Shown: one piece after another, positions 16,838-26,800 of the stretch | Numbering within the stretch: position 1 is the stretch's first letter | Layout of the letters: every line of letters begins with the position of its first letter | Source of the DNA: a virus | Lineage: Duplodnaviria > Caudoviricetes | Strand: one strand, 5' to 3' | Virus record (IMG/VR): IMGVR_UViG_3300049137_000066 | Span: 1-37,918 of that record | Length of the DNA stretch: 37,918 nt | The notes under the pieces: model-generated | The model's input: only the letters and a program-made list of their open reading frames with translations | The model's database searches: none | What the model was told of the DNA's origin: nothing | Position numbers and translations under genes: made by a program

Positions 16838-16911
16838 GCTCGGCCCACAACCAGCAGCGAGAGACGGTGCGTCTCGTGCCCGGCCCAGAACCAGCAGCTA
16901 CCAGGAGTCTA
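16838..16911 (-). promoter_or_regulatory. Tandem leader motifs (16838-16854 variant, 16878-16894) plus putative -10 TAGACT (16906-16911)
   Basis: gctcggcccacaaccag and gcccggcccagaaccag, separated by the small hairpin gagacg-gtg-cgtctc. Confidence 0.75.
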
Positions 16912-16940
16912 GCGGCGCGCCTCGCCGCGGCGGCGGGTCG

Positions 16941-18977
16941 TCACGGGCCGGTGAGGTCCCGGACCGTCTCCACCCACGCGCGGAGCTCCCCGGCCGTCTG
17001 CCGCTCCAGGAACACGGAGCGCTCCAGGGCCGCCGCCGAGAGCCGGGCCCGGCGGCCGGCGTCCTGGTAGACCTCCCGCACGGTGGCTGCCCACTCCTGG
17101 TGGCGCGCGCGGTCCACGAACACGCCGGCGTCCCCGAGCGCTTCGCGGAGGCCGGGGGTCGGGTGGGCGATCACGGGGATGCCGGACGCCAACGCCTCCA
17201 CCGCGACCAGGCCGTACGACTCGTAGACGGACGGCACGAGGAGGACCCGGGTCTGTGCCCACACGTCCCCCCGCATGTCCGAGGTCTGGCCGAGGATCCG
17301 GGCGTTGGACGGGCGCGGGCCGGGGACTTGCGGGCCGTGGGCGCCGGTGACGCCGAGGAACGGCAGCCATGGCAGCGCCCGCGCGGTGGCGCGCCAGGTC
17401 TCCACCCCCTTGTGGCGGGAGAGGTTGACCAGGGTCACGTGGCGGCCCCGCCCGGGGGAGGCGTGTTCGGCGGGGACCACGGGCGGGTGGACGACGAGCC
17501 GGCGGACCTGGTCCAGCTCCGGCCGCCTGCCGGTCCACCCCTTGAGGACCCAGTCCGTGTTGAACACGGCGAGGTCCGGGCGGGCGTCCAGGCCGGGGCC
17601 GGCCACCTCGAGGTCCGAGTGGACCAGGAGCACGGACAGCGCGCTGGCCTCCCGGGCCGCGGCGATGGCGCGGGGCGCGTACTCGTGGTGGGTGACCACC
17701 ACGCGGGCGCCAAGGGTGCGGAGGAACGCCTCTCCGAACCGGCCCTGTACGTGGGTGTAGGGGACGCCGTCCACGCGCCACACGTCCGGCGCCTCCGGCA
17801 TGTCGGAGCACGCCACCAGGACCCGGCGGCCCGCCTGGTGGAGGGCGCGCATCATCGTGTGGAGCATCGTCTCCGACCCGGCGCGCCGGTAGGGGACGCC
17901 GTAGTGGACCCACGCCACCACCTCCACGTCGTCCGGGATCTCCCCGCCCACCTCCACCTCGGGGCCGAGGGCCGGTGCGGGGGCCGGTGAGGGGGTCCGT
18001 GCGGGCCGCGGGCGGGCCGTGCGGCGTCCGGCGCGCCCGGCGGCCGCCAGGTCCGCACACGCCCGCTCGAAGGCGGCCAGGGCGGCCGGGTAGTCCAGCC
18101 GCTCCGCGTGCGCGAGGGCGCGCGCCGACGCCTCGGCGTAGACGTGCGGGTCGTCCAGGCGGCGGACCTCCTCCACCCACCCCGCCACGTCCTCGCGCGC
18201 CCGGTATGCGGCGGCCTCCCCCAGCGCCTCCCGGATGCCGGGCAGGGGCGCGGCGATGACGGGGATACCGGACACCATGGCCTCCACCCCGACCCGGCCC
18301 CAGGACTCCGTCCGGGAGGGCATGAGGAGGACCCGGGTCCGGGCGTAGACCTCGGCCGGCTCCCTGCGGGTGACCACCTCGACGTTCTCCGGCTGCGGGA
18401 CCTCCTCATGCCACGGCGTGGCCACCGCGAGGAACCGGCGCTCCGGCATCGCGCGCGCCACGCGGGCGAGGACGTCCGCCCCCTTCGCCGCGGTGGTCCC
18501 GTTGAGCGTCACCAGCCGGCCGGGGGTGGTCCGGTAGCGGGCGGGGTCCACCGGCGGCGGGGAGACCAGCGTGGGCCCCGCGTGCCCGTAGTGGTCCGCG
18601 CACGCCTGGGAGGGGAACCAGGCCAGGTCCGGGCGGCCCAGCTTCCGGTCCGGGGACATGCCGTGGACCATGAGGAGGTGAGGCACCCCGCGCAGCCGGG
18701 CCACCATCTGGACGGCCGTGCGGTCCCGGTGGTGGGAGACCACCACGTCCGCCTGTGCCTGGTTCACCGCGTACGCCCACAGGGAGCGGGGCCACACCTT
18801 CACCCCGCCCTCCGTGAGCGTCGTGTTCCCGCCCCGCGAGGTGGTGACCACGTGGACGGTGTGCCCGGCCGCCGCCAGGCCGAGGGCGTACTCACGTGTC
18901 GTCACGTAGGCGCCCGCGGCGGGGACGGCGGACCAATCGGGGAGGAGCACCAGAACGCGGAGGCGAGGCGTGGGCAT
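16941..18977 (-). CDS. Tandem two-domain GT4 (GT-B) glycosyltransferase
   Basis: Two copies of the GT4 signature: LLMPSRTESWGRVGVEAMVSGIPVIA and LLVPSVYESYGLVAVEALASGIPVIA, each preceded by a KG motif. Confidence 0.92.
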   Translation of the reverse strand: MPTPRLRVLVLLPDWSAVPAAGAYVTTREYALGLAAAGHTVHVVTTSRGGNTTLTEGGVKVWPRSLWAYAVNQAQADVVVSHHRDRTAVQMVARLRGVPHLLMVHGMSPDRKLGRPDLAWFPSQACADHYGHAGPTLVSPPPVDPARYRTTPGRLVTLNGTTAAKGADVLARVARAMPERRFLAVATPWHEEVPQPENVEVVTRREPAEVYARTRVLLMPSRTESWGRVGVEAMVSGIPVIAAPLPGIREALGEAAAYRAREDVAGWVEEVRRLDDPHVYAEASARALAHAERLDYPAALAAFERACADLAAAGRAGRRTARPRPARTPSPAPAPALGPEVEVGGEIPDDVEVVAWVHYGVPYRRAGSETMLHTMMRALHQAGRRVLVACSDMPEAPDVWRVDGVPYTHVQGRFGEAFLRTLGARVVVTHHEYAPRAIAAAREASALSVLLVHSDLEVAGPGLDARPDLAVFNTDWVLKGWTGRRPELDQVRRLVVHPPVVPAEHASPGRGRHVTLVNLSRHKGVETWRATARALPWLPFLGVTGAHGPQVPGPRPSNARILGQTSDMRGDVWAQTRVLLVPSVYESYGLVAVEALASGIPVIAHPTPGLREALGDAGVFVDRARHQEWAATVREVYQDAGRRARLSAAALERSVFLERQTAGELRAWVETVRDLTGP

Positions 18978-18997
18978 GAGGGCCTTCCGAGGGTGGG

Positions 18998-19306
18998 TCA
19001 GGTGGAGGCGGTGGCGGTGGCGTGGACGGTGACGCCGGACGCGGCGACGCCGGCCGCCAGGACGCCGATCCCCAGGAGGGTGACCCCGGCCGCCTGGAGG
19101 ACGGCCACGGTCGTCTGTCCGGCCGTGTTGGACGCGATCCGCGCCGAGCGGAAACCGGCCCCGGCCTCCACGGCCAGGGTGACCACCGGCGGGGACGTGA
19201 ACGCCCCGGCGGGCCAGGTGAACGTGGCGAGCCCGTTCCCGTCCGTGACGGCGGTCGCCCGCTCCTGCCGGCGGCCTGGTGCCTCGTAGTCCCCGCCGGT
19301 GCTCAT
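18998..19306 (-). CDS. Small beta protein, fibre-tip/H-lectin-like (102 aa)
   Basis: ATG 19306 overlaps the upstream TGA; ATFTWPAGAFTSPPVVTLAV resembles the 'F..P.V' fibre-tip pattern. Confidence 0.6.
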   Translation of the reverse strand: MSTGGDYEAPGRRQERATAVTDGNGLATFTWPAGAFTSPPVVTLAVEAGAGFRSARIASNTAGQTTVAVLQAAGVTLLGIGVLAAGVAASGVTVHATATAST

Positions 19307-19779
19307 CAGACCTCGCGAGTGGTCGTCACCAGGAGATCGGCTCCGGCCGCGCCAGTGAACACGTAGGCGTCCTGGAGGCTTTCCCCGGCGTCCCCGCCCC
19401 GGTCCACGCCCCACGTGAGGGAGGTACCGGCCGCCACCGGGACGGCCGCGCCGCCGCCGATGGCCACGGTCGGGGAGCCGGCGTACACGATCAGGGTCAC
19501 GGAACGGGCCCCGGCCGGGACCGTCACCGTGCCCGCGCCGGTCTGCCGCTGGATCGTGCCGTCCAGGACGGGGTTCGCCGGCGCCGCAGGTGCCTCGCAG
19601 CGCCGCACGGTCCCGGTAGTCACGTAGTCGGTCACGCCGTCCAGGGCGGTGTCCACGGTGACGGTCGCGCCGTCCTCCGTGGCGTAGCGGCGCAGGAAGG
19701 TCCCCGCGTCGTCGCACAGGACCTCGTACTCCTCGTCAGGCGCAGCCGGGGCCGCAACGCTGCCGTTCGTTCCGGACAT
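19306..19779 (-). CDS. Minimal paralog of the giant Cys-module proteins (one repeat + shared C-terminal domain)
   Basis: VLCDDAGTFLRRY..DTALDGVTDY..GTVRRC, then ARSVTL..PVAAGTSLTWGVD. GGAGG RBS. Confidence 0.8.
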   Translation of the reverse strand: MSGTNGSVAAPAAPDEEYEVLCDDAGTFLRRYATEDGATVTVDTALDGVTDYVTTGTVRRCEAPAAPANPVLDGTIQRQTGAGTVTVPAGARSVTLIVYAGSPTVAIGGGAAVPVAAGTSLTWGVDRGGDAGESLQDAYVFTGAAGADLLVTTTREV

Positions 19780-19800
19780 GAGGACGTCCTCCAGTAGGGG

Positions 19801-19899
19801 TTAGGCGATGCGCTGGTCTCGCGGGGTGGTGCGGCCGGCCGCGATCGTGGCGCCGGTGATGCGGGTTGCCTCCAAGCGGGTGCGCGGCGTGCCGGTCAT
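19801..19899 (-). pseudogene. 32-aa ORF, possible deletion remnant of a third MxGT-type gene
   Basis: MTGTPRTRLEATRITGATIAAGRTTPRDQRIA*; ATGA overlap with the upstream stop; fills the gap between its neighbours. Confidence 0.4.
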
Positions 19900-20381
19900 G
19901 AGGCCGTGTCCCCCGGGGGTCCGATCCAGTGGGCGGAGACGAAGGTCCGGCCGTCCCCGTTGCTGACCACCGAGGCGTTCCCAACGGGGCCGATCCGGTA
20001 GGCGGCGAGCTGAATGGTCTGCCCGGCCGTGAAGGAGTGGACGAACTGCCGCGCCCCGGTCGCCTGGACCTGGAACGCGGGAGCGGCGGCGGCGATGGAG
20101 ATGAACGCGGCCATCGCCTCCGAGCCGGGGAGAAGGGCGCCGTCCTTAAAGAGACCCACGGTCACGCCGAGGCCCTGCGCGGCGTTGGCCGGCAGGAGGG
20201 CGACGCCGCGGGCCTGGTAGCTGACCTCCCAGATGCCGGCGCGGGGGATCGTGAGGGCCGGGGCCTCCCCGATGACCTCCCACACCCGGTCTGCGCCCGC
20301 CAGGGCGCGGCTGAAGGTGAGGGTGCCGTTCTGCGCCCACGCCCCGTCCACGCCCCACAGGCCAGCGCTGGTGCCCGCCAT
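19896..20381 (-). CDS. C1q/BclA-CTD-like beta-sandwich protein
   Basis: Start ATG 20381 (MAGTSAG); LTIPRAGIWEVSYQARG..LFKDGALLPGSE..FTAGQTIQLAA. Confidence 0.65.
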   Translation of the reverse strand: MAGTSAGLWGVDGAWAQNGTLTFSRALAGADRVWEVIGEAPALTIPRAGIWEVSYQARGVALLPANAAQGLGVTVGLFKDGALLPGSEAMAAFISIAAAAPAFQVQATGARQFVHSFTAGQTIQLAAYRIGPVGNASVVSNGDGRTFVSAHWIGPPGDTAS

Positions 20382-20839
20382 CAGTCGCTCACCCGCTTGA
20401 AGCGGAAGCAGTGGGCCCACAGAACCCGGCCCGAAGGGGTGCCGGCGTCGGTCCGCCAGGACCCTTCCACCCGGAGCGTGGCCGGGCCGCCCACGCGGTA
20501 GAGCGCGCCCGCCGAGGCGTTGGCCTGGATGCCGTGGATGATCGCCTCCGCCGACTGGTCGGTAAGGAGGATGACGCGCCGGTCACTCAGGGGCACCCCG
20601 GCAGCGGCCGTGGTGTCGTAGATCCGAGCGTCGATGATCGCGTTCGTGATGCTGCCCGTCCCGGCGATCGACCCCTGCACGTCCGCGACCACCTCGTACA
20701 GCCCGGCCCCCGGAAGGGTCAGGACCGCGCCGGGGACGGGCGTCCACGTGCTCTCTGGAGCAGCGTCAAGGCTGACGACCCCACTGGCCTGCCCGCTCGG
20801 TACGGGCAGGCCACGGAGCCCGGCATCGGTCCCCGCCAT
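20381..20839 (-). CDS. C1q/BclA-CTD-like beta-sandwich protein, paralog of 19896..20381
   Basis: Start ATG 20839 (MAGTDAG); WTPVPGAVLTLPGAGLYEVVADVQG. Confidence 0.65.
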   Translation of the reverse strand: MAGTDAGLRGLPVPSGQASGVVSLDAAPESTWTPVPGAVLTLPGAGLYEVVADVQGSIAGTGSITNAIIDARIYDTTAAAGVPLSDRRVILLTDQSAEAIIHGIQANASAGALYRVGGPATLRVEGSWRTDAGTPSGRVLWAHCFRFKRVSD

Positions 20840-23800
20840 CAGCCGGCCACCGTCGCTTTCCAGGTCCAGTTGAGGAGGTAGGAGGCGGCGGCGGTCGCCC
20901 CGGCGAACGTGGCCACCGACAGGGAGGAGTCGTCCGTGTCGTTGGTGGACCAGGTGAGCGTGGCCCCGGCCGGGACGGGCTGTGCCGCCCCGTTGCCCAT
21001 GGTCACGTGGACCGTGTCGGCCAGGACGGCGAGGGACACGGACTGGAGGCCGGGGAACTCCGTCACGAGGGCCTGGACGACGGTCCCGGTCACGCGGCGG
21101 ATGCCGGTCTGGACGGGCTGGTCCGCCGGGTCCGGGGGAGCCGGCGTGCTCGCCGCGGCGGCGGCGCATGAGGTGACGGTCCCGGTCGGCTCGTAGGCCG
21201 CGCCGTCGACCGTGGTATCGAAGTAGGGCGCCGTCCCGGCCGCCGGGTCGGGGGTGAAGTGCCGCAGGAACGACGTGACGGCTCCCTCACCGCATCCGGC
21301 GATCGGCTCCGCGTCCTCCACCGTCACCGCGTACTGGTCCACGGTGAACGTCTTGTGGATGTTCGGCCCCTGGTAGACGCGCGCCCACCAGTACCAGGTG
21401 ATGTTCCCGGCGATCAGGTCCGCCCACGGGACGACCGCCTCCACCTCGAAGGTCTGCGCCGCGCCCGTGTTCGTGTTGGCGACGTTGGCGGTGTCCAGGA
21501 CGGTGGTCCCGTTGCGGATGGTGAGCCCGGCCTCGGGGCTGCCCACGTCGGTGGCGGCACCGGTGTTGGTGGCCCGCAGGGAGACCGTCACCCGGACGTC
21601 ACCCGGGGTGCCGCACGGCGTGGGCCCGGAGGAGGTGACCCGGCCGGAGATCGCGTTGATGCGGGAGCCGCCCGGGTCCGTTCCCCACGTCGGCACCATC
21701 ACGGACCCGCCAGAGCTGAAAGCGGGCGTCGGGTCCACCATGTATCCGGCGGTGGTGGAGCTGATCGCGGGCTCCGTGGAGGCCACCGGCGGCAGCACGG
21801 CTGTGCTGGTCGGGGTGTAGCTCTGCGCCTCGCCCTCGGTGACGTCGCACAGGAGGACCGTCTCCACGTCCTCACCGGTGCCGTCGCCTCCGCCGGTGCT
21901 GTTGCCCGTGCAGGCGGTGACCTCACCAGACGGCAGGTAGGTGTCACCGTCCAGGGTGGTGTCCGTGTGGGTCGCCGTCCCGTCCGCGTCGAAGGTGTAG
22001 CGCCGCAGGAACGGCACCACCTCCTCCGTGGTGACCGCCGGTACGCCCGGGCCGAGGAGGGAGACGTCATCGAGGAGGGCGTCAATGAAGTCCCCGCCGA
22101 CCAGGTCCGTGAACCGAACCGTCATGGTGGTGTCGGTGGCCACGATCGGCACGGGGCCGACCACGCCATCCGCCGGCCACAACGGGCCGCCGCTCACCGC
22201 CGCGGGGGTGACGGTCTCGGTGTGGAGGACCGCGCCGGACCCGTCCAGGACGTCCACCCGCACCTGTTGCGGGGTGTTCCCGCCCGTGCTCCAGATGCCG
22301 ATGCGGGCCGAGAGGTTGTAGGTGAGGCCGGGGGTGACGGTCGTTGTCTGCTCCGCCGTGCCCGCCGCACCGTTGTCCGCCGACAGGTCCAGGAAGCCAA
22401 CCGACCCGTCCGGGCTGCTGGACGGCACGTAGCGCGCGCCGCCGGTCAGTGCCCACCCGGAGGCATCCGTGGCAAAGTGCCCGTTGGTGATCCGCTCGGG
22501 TGTCTCCTCCGGGGTGGTGACCTCGGTGACGTCGCACAGGACCACCAGCTCCACGTCCGCCGGGGCGTCACCGTCCGGGCAGACGCCGAGGTGCGCGCCG
22601 CCGGGGATGGCCACGGGCCCGCCGGTGACGGCGTCCACGATGCGGGGCGCACCGGTGGCCGCGCCGGTGGCGTCGTAGACCTGCTCCGCGCGGACGGCCT
22701 GGAGGACGTTGCCGGTGGTGTTGTCCAAGACGCACAGCGGCCACGTCTCGACGTCCACCCCGGCCGCCTCACCACTCGGGCACGGCACCTGGACCCACCC
22801 GGCCGGGACGGCGGTCTGTTCGTCGCCGAACTCGTCCAGGTAGGTCGTCGTACCGTCCGGGCACAGGATGCGCGTCCACTGCACCAGGGACTCCACCGCG
22901 TAGGTGGCCACCACGTGGGCCAGTAGGCCCTCGGAAGAGTCGGACGGGGAGGTCTCCTGAATGTGGAGGGTGATCCGGTTCGTACCGGCCTGCGCCCCGG
23001 GGACGGTGGACGCCGGCAGCGTGTAGAGCGTCTGGTAGTCAGTCCCGACCGGTTGCCACGGCCCGGTGTTCAGCCGCCAGGCGACAAGGAGCTGGTCCGC
23101 GGCGAGCGCGGGCACCTCGATCTGGATACTCGCCGGGTCTGCGTCGGCCGGCAGGTCGAAGGTGGCCGAGGCGTACCAGTTGAACGGGTTCGCCGCCGAG
23201 AGGCCGGGCTGGACCGTGAGGAAGCCGGGGCCCTCGTTGGCGCCGACCGGGTTGCAGCGGGTCTGCACGAAGCCGTTGCAGTGCGCGCCGACCCAATGGG
23301 CCGTGCCCTCGTACCCGGTGGCCGCCGAGGACGGGTCGTTGGTCCAGGCCCCGTTCTTCGCGATCCGGTACATGTCCCACCAGGAGGCGGCGGGCGCGTT
23401 CGGGTCGGTCTGCCACTTCCAGTCCGCGTCCACCGTGTTGGCGGTGCTGCCAGGCGTGCCGGGCGTGCCCTGGTTGGAGATGAACTCCACCCGGCCGTTC
23501 GGCTGGAAGCACACCGGGGAGACGTCGCACGGCTGCGGCTCGGTGCAGATGCCGACCGTTCCGGCGCCCGGGGCGAAGAGGGTGGTGCCGTCCAGGAGGG
23601 TGTCCGTGCGGGCGGTCATGACGCCCGTGGAGGCGTTGTAGACGAGGTGCCGCAGGAACGGCGTCACGGTGCCGTCCGCCGTCGCCGTGTGGCACAGGAG
23701 CAGCGGCTCCGCGTCGGCTCCCTGGGGCTGCTCCTGCGACGGCTCACACACCCCGACCACGGCCGGCGGCACATAGGCCGTGGTGCCGTCCAGGAGGGTG

Positions 23801-26800
23801 TCCGTGATGCCGGTGACCAGGCCCTCACAGTCACGGCAGATACGGCGGAGGAACTGCACGCTCGCGGTGACCTGGAGCGCCCCCACCCACGCCGTGCGGA
23901 ACGCCCCGCTGATGGCCCTGCGGGGGCCGAGGAAACGCGTCGTCAGCGTGGACACCGGGCCCGGGGTGCGGAACCGGGCGGACACGGCACGGGTGGGGTT
24001 GGCCATGTTGGCGCCGGTCGGGTCGGCGGCCTGCGTGACGTTCACGCACACCAGGCCGGTGACCGGGTTGTAGACGAACCCGGCGGGGAGGCTGACGACC
24101 TCCAGCCCGGCCGGGAGCTGCATGCAGTTGTCGTCCGGCTCCGGTGTGGGGCTGAAGTAGCCCATGTAAACGGAGAACTCGACGACCGCCGGCCGGGTGA
24201 AGGTGAACGTGTACGCGGGGATGTTGGCGTTGGGGAAGATCGCGGTGTTGCCCCACCAGGCGCCGTCAGCGTTGCTGAGGTTGCTCGGGGTGGCGGAGGC
24301 GTTGCCCTTCACCTGCCATGTCACGCCGTTGGAGAGCGTCCCCGAGGACACGCCCTGGCCGGTGATGGTGGCGGAGTCGTCCGCGCACAGCACCAGCGTT
24401 TCGCAGTTCTGGCAGCCCTGCGGCGGGCAGACGCCCACGGTGCCGGCCAGGTCCGGGGTGTAGGCGGTGCCGTCCAGGAGGTAGTCCGAGTGGCCGACGA
24501 CCGCGCCGAGCTCATCCCGCCGGTAGTCCCGCAGGAACTCCGTCACGGTGCCGTCCGCCGCCGTGTGGCACAGGATCACGGCATCCTGCTGGGGCTGCTC
24601 GACGCCGGCCGGGCAGGTAGTGACGGTGCCCTGCGGGGTGTAGGTGGTGCCGGTGACAGCGTCCACCAGGCGCACGGAGGAGATCGCGCCCGTGTCGTCG
24701 TAGCTGTACTCCACCAGGACCAGCCCGGCGACCGTGCCGTCCGCCAGGACGTCACAGAAGGTGCCGCTCACCTGGACGGAGCGGGAGTCCCCACAGGCGA
24801 CGGTCCCGGCCGGGGGCGCGCCCGCGCTGTAGGCGCCGGTGGTGAGGTTGAGCCATCCCTCCGACGTGACGATGCCCGCGCAGTCACGGACCACGGTGAC
24901 CGCGATCGGTGTCCCGTCCGCCAGGCACAGGCCGACCGTGGCGGTCGGCTCGGTCGGAGAGGCGCAGTCCCGCTGTGCCTGGGGGCACGGGACGACCACG
25001 GCCTGAGTCAGGTCTACGTCCTGGCCGCTTACCTGGTCGCGCCATGTCGTCTCGCCGGTCTCGCAGTCGCGGAGCCCGTACGCCGTCCGGATCTCACCGG
25101 CCCCGGTGACGACACCGGTCGCGGTCACGTTGCAGAACCGCTCACCGTTGTCGGGGGCCGGGTCGGCGAAGCCCTGGGTGCCGAACAGCATCGTCACCGG
25201 AGACGAGAACGACAGCCGGAAATGCAGGGTGCCGCCCATCCGCAGGTACTGCGTACCGGTGGTGAGTGCCTGCTCGGTGAAGACCTCCAGAGTGACCGTG
25301 ACGCCGTTGAACACTGCGGTGCCCGTGTACGGGGCCGGGATACCCGCGTTGGGAACCGAGGGGATCGGCGGGCTGAACGTGCTCCAGTCGATGAACCCGC
25401 CGAGCTCCGGAGCCGAGATCTCGACGTTTGACGCGGTGCCGGTGTTCGAGCTGTAGGTGCCCTCCCACGCGGTGATCGGGTCGTTGTACTGGATGAACGG
25501 GAAGTCGCCGTCCATGGCGTCGAGCCCGACCAGGCAACCGGGGTGGTTGGGGTCGGCGTTGTTGAACTTATGCAGCGTGAATGACGGGTCTTGGGTGGCC
25601 GGCTCCTGGTAGCACAGCGTCCCGGTGAACTGGTCGCAGCCTGCGGCGGGCGGGCAGTCCACGAGCGTCGGGGCGGTGACCTCCTCGCCAGTCTCAACGT
25701 CCACGTACTGGACGGCCTGGTCCTCACACCCGGCGCAGCGCACCACCGCGGCGGCGCGCACCGTGCCGGTGCCGTCGTCGTAGCAGACCTGGCCGAGGAC
25801 GAGCGGCGCGGCCGTCTCCTCACCGCTCGGGCCGCAGACACCCACCTCGCCCTGGACGGCGTAGGTGGTGGTCCCGTCCAGGGTGGTGTCCGTGACGGTG
25901 GCGCCGCCGGTGCAGGAGCGGCAGAGGTGCCGGAGGAACGGGGTGGCCGCGCTGGCGCAGCCGGTGACGGGAGCGGGGCCGGCGGTGAGGGTGCCGCCGC
26001 TCACGGTCCACGTCTTGGGCTGGTCCCCGGCCGGTGTCCCGTTCAGCGGGTCCGCGCCGGTCTCCAGGTTGAACTCCACCGTGACGTCCCCGGCCAGGAG
26101 GGACGCCACCGGGACGGGGCCGGTGATGGTTGCGGTCCTGGTGTCCCCGGCCGGGAAGAACACGCCGGAGCCCGCGCCGAACGGGTCGGCCGTGACCATG
26201 GTGGAGCCGTCCCACAGGGACAGGCGGCCGTAGTAGTCCCACGCTCCGCCGGGGCCGTCGTTGCGGTAGGTGACGGTCGCCGTGACGTCCAGCGTTCCGG
26301 CCGGGTCCAGGTCGCCGCACTGGACGTCGCCCACGCCGAGGATCACGCCGTAGTGGGTGTGCGCCCCGGCGGCCGAGCCATCGGGTGCCGCGCCGGGGAC
26401 GCTCACGGTCTGGCCGGACCAGATCGCCGTGGCGTCCGCGTCCGTGCCGCGCCGCGGGGCGCCGGAAATGACCTGGTCGTTACGGACCTGGTAGCCGGTG
26501 CCGGTGAGCGTCACCGCCGAGGTGGTGACGGGGACGGTGTCGCAGAGGAGGACGGCCTCACAGCTGCACGACTCCGGAGTCGGGCACGGCTGGAGCTCCC
26601 CGGCCGGCGTGTAGTCAACGCCGGTGACCGGGTCCACGACCCGCGTCCCCACCCGCTCACTGGTGGTGGCGTCGTAGACCGGCTCCACCAGGACGGTGGC
26701 GGCCACGGTCCCGTCCGGGAGGACGTCGCACAGGAGCACCGGCTCCACGTCCACACGGGGCACGGCCAGCGCGCTGGTGATGACGGGCCCCTGCCCGCAG

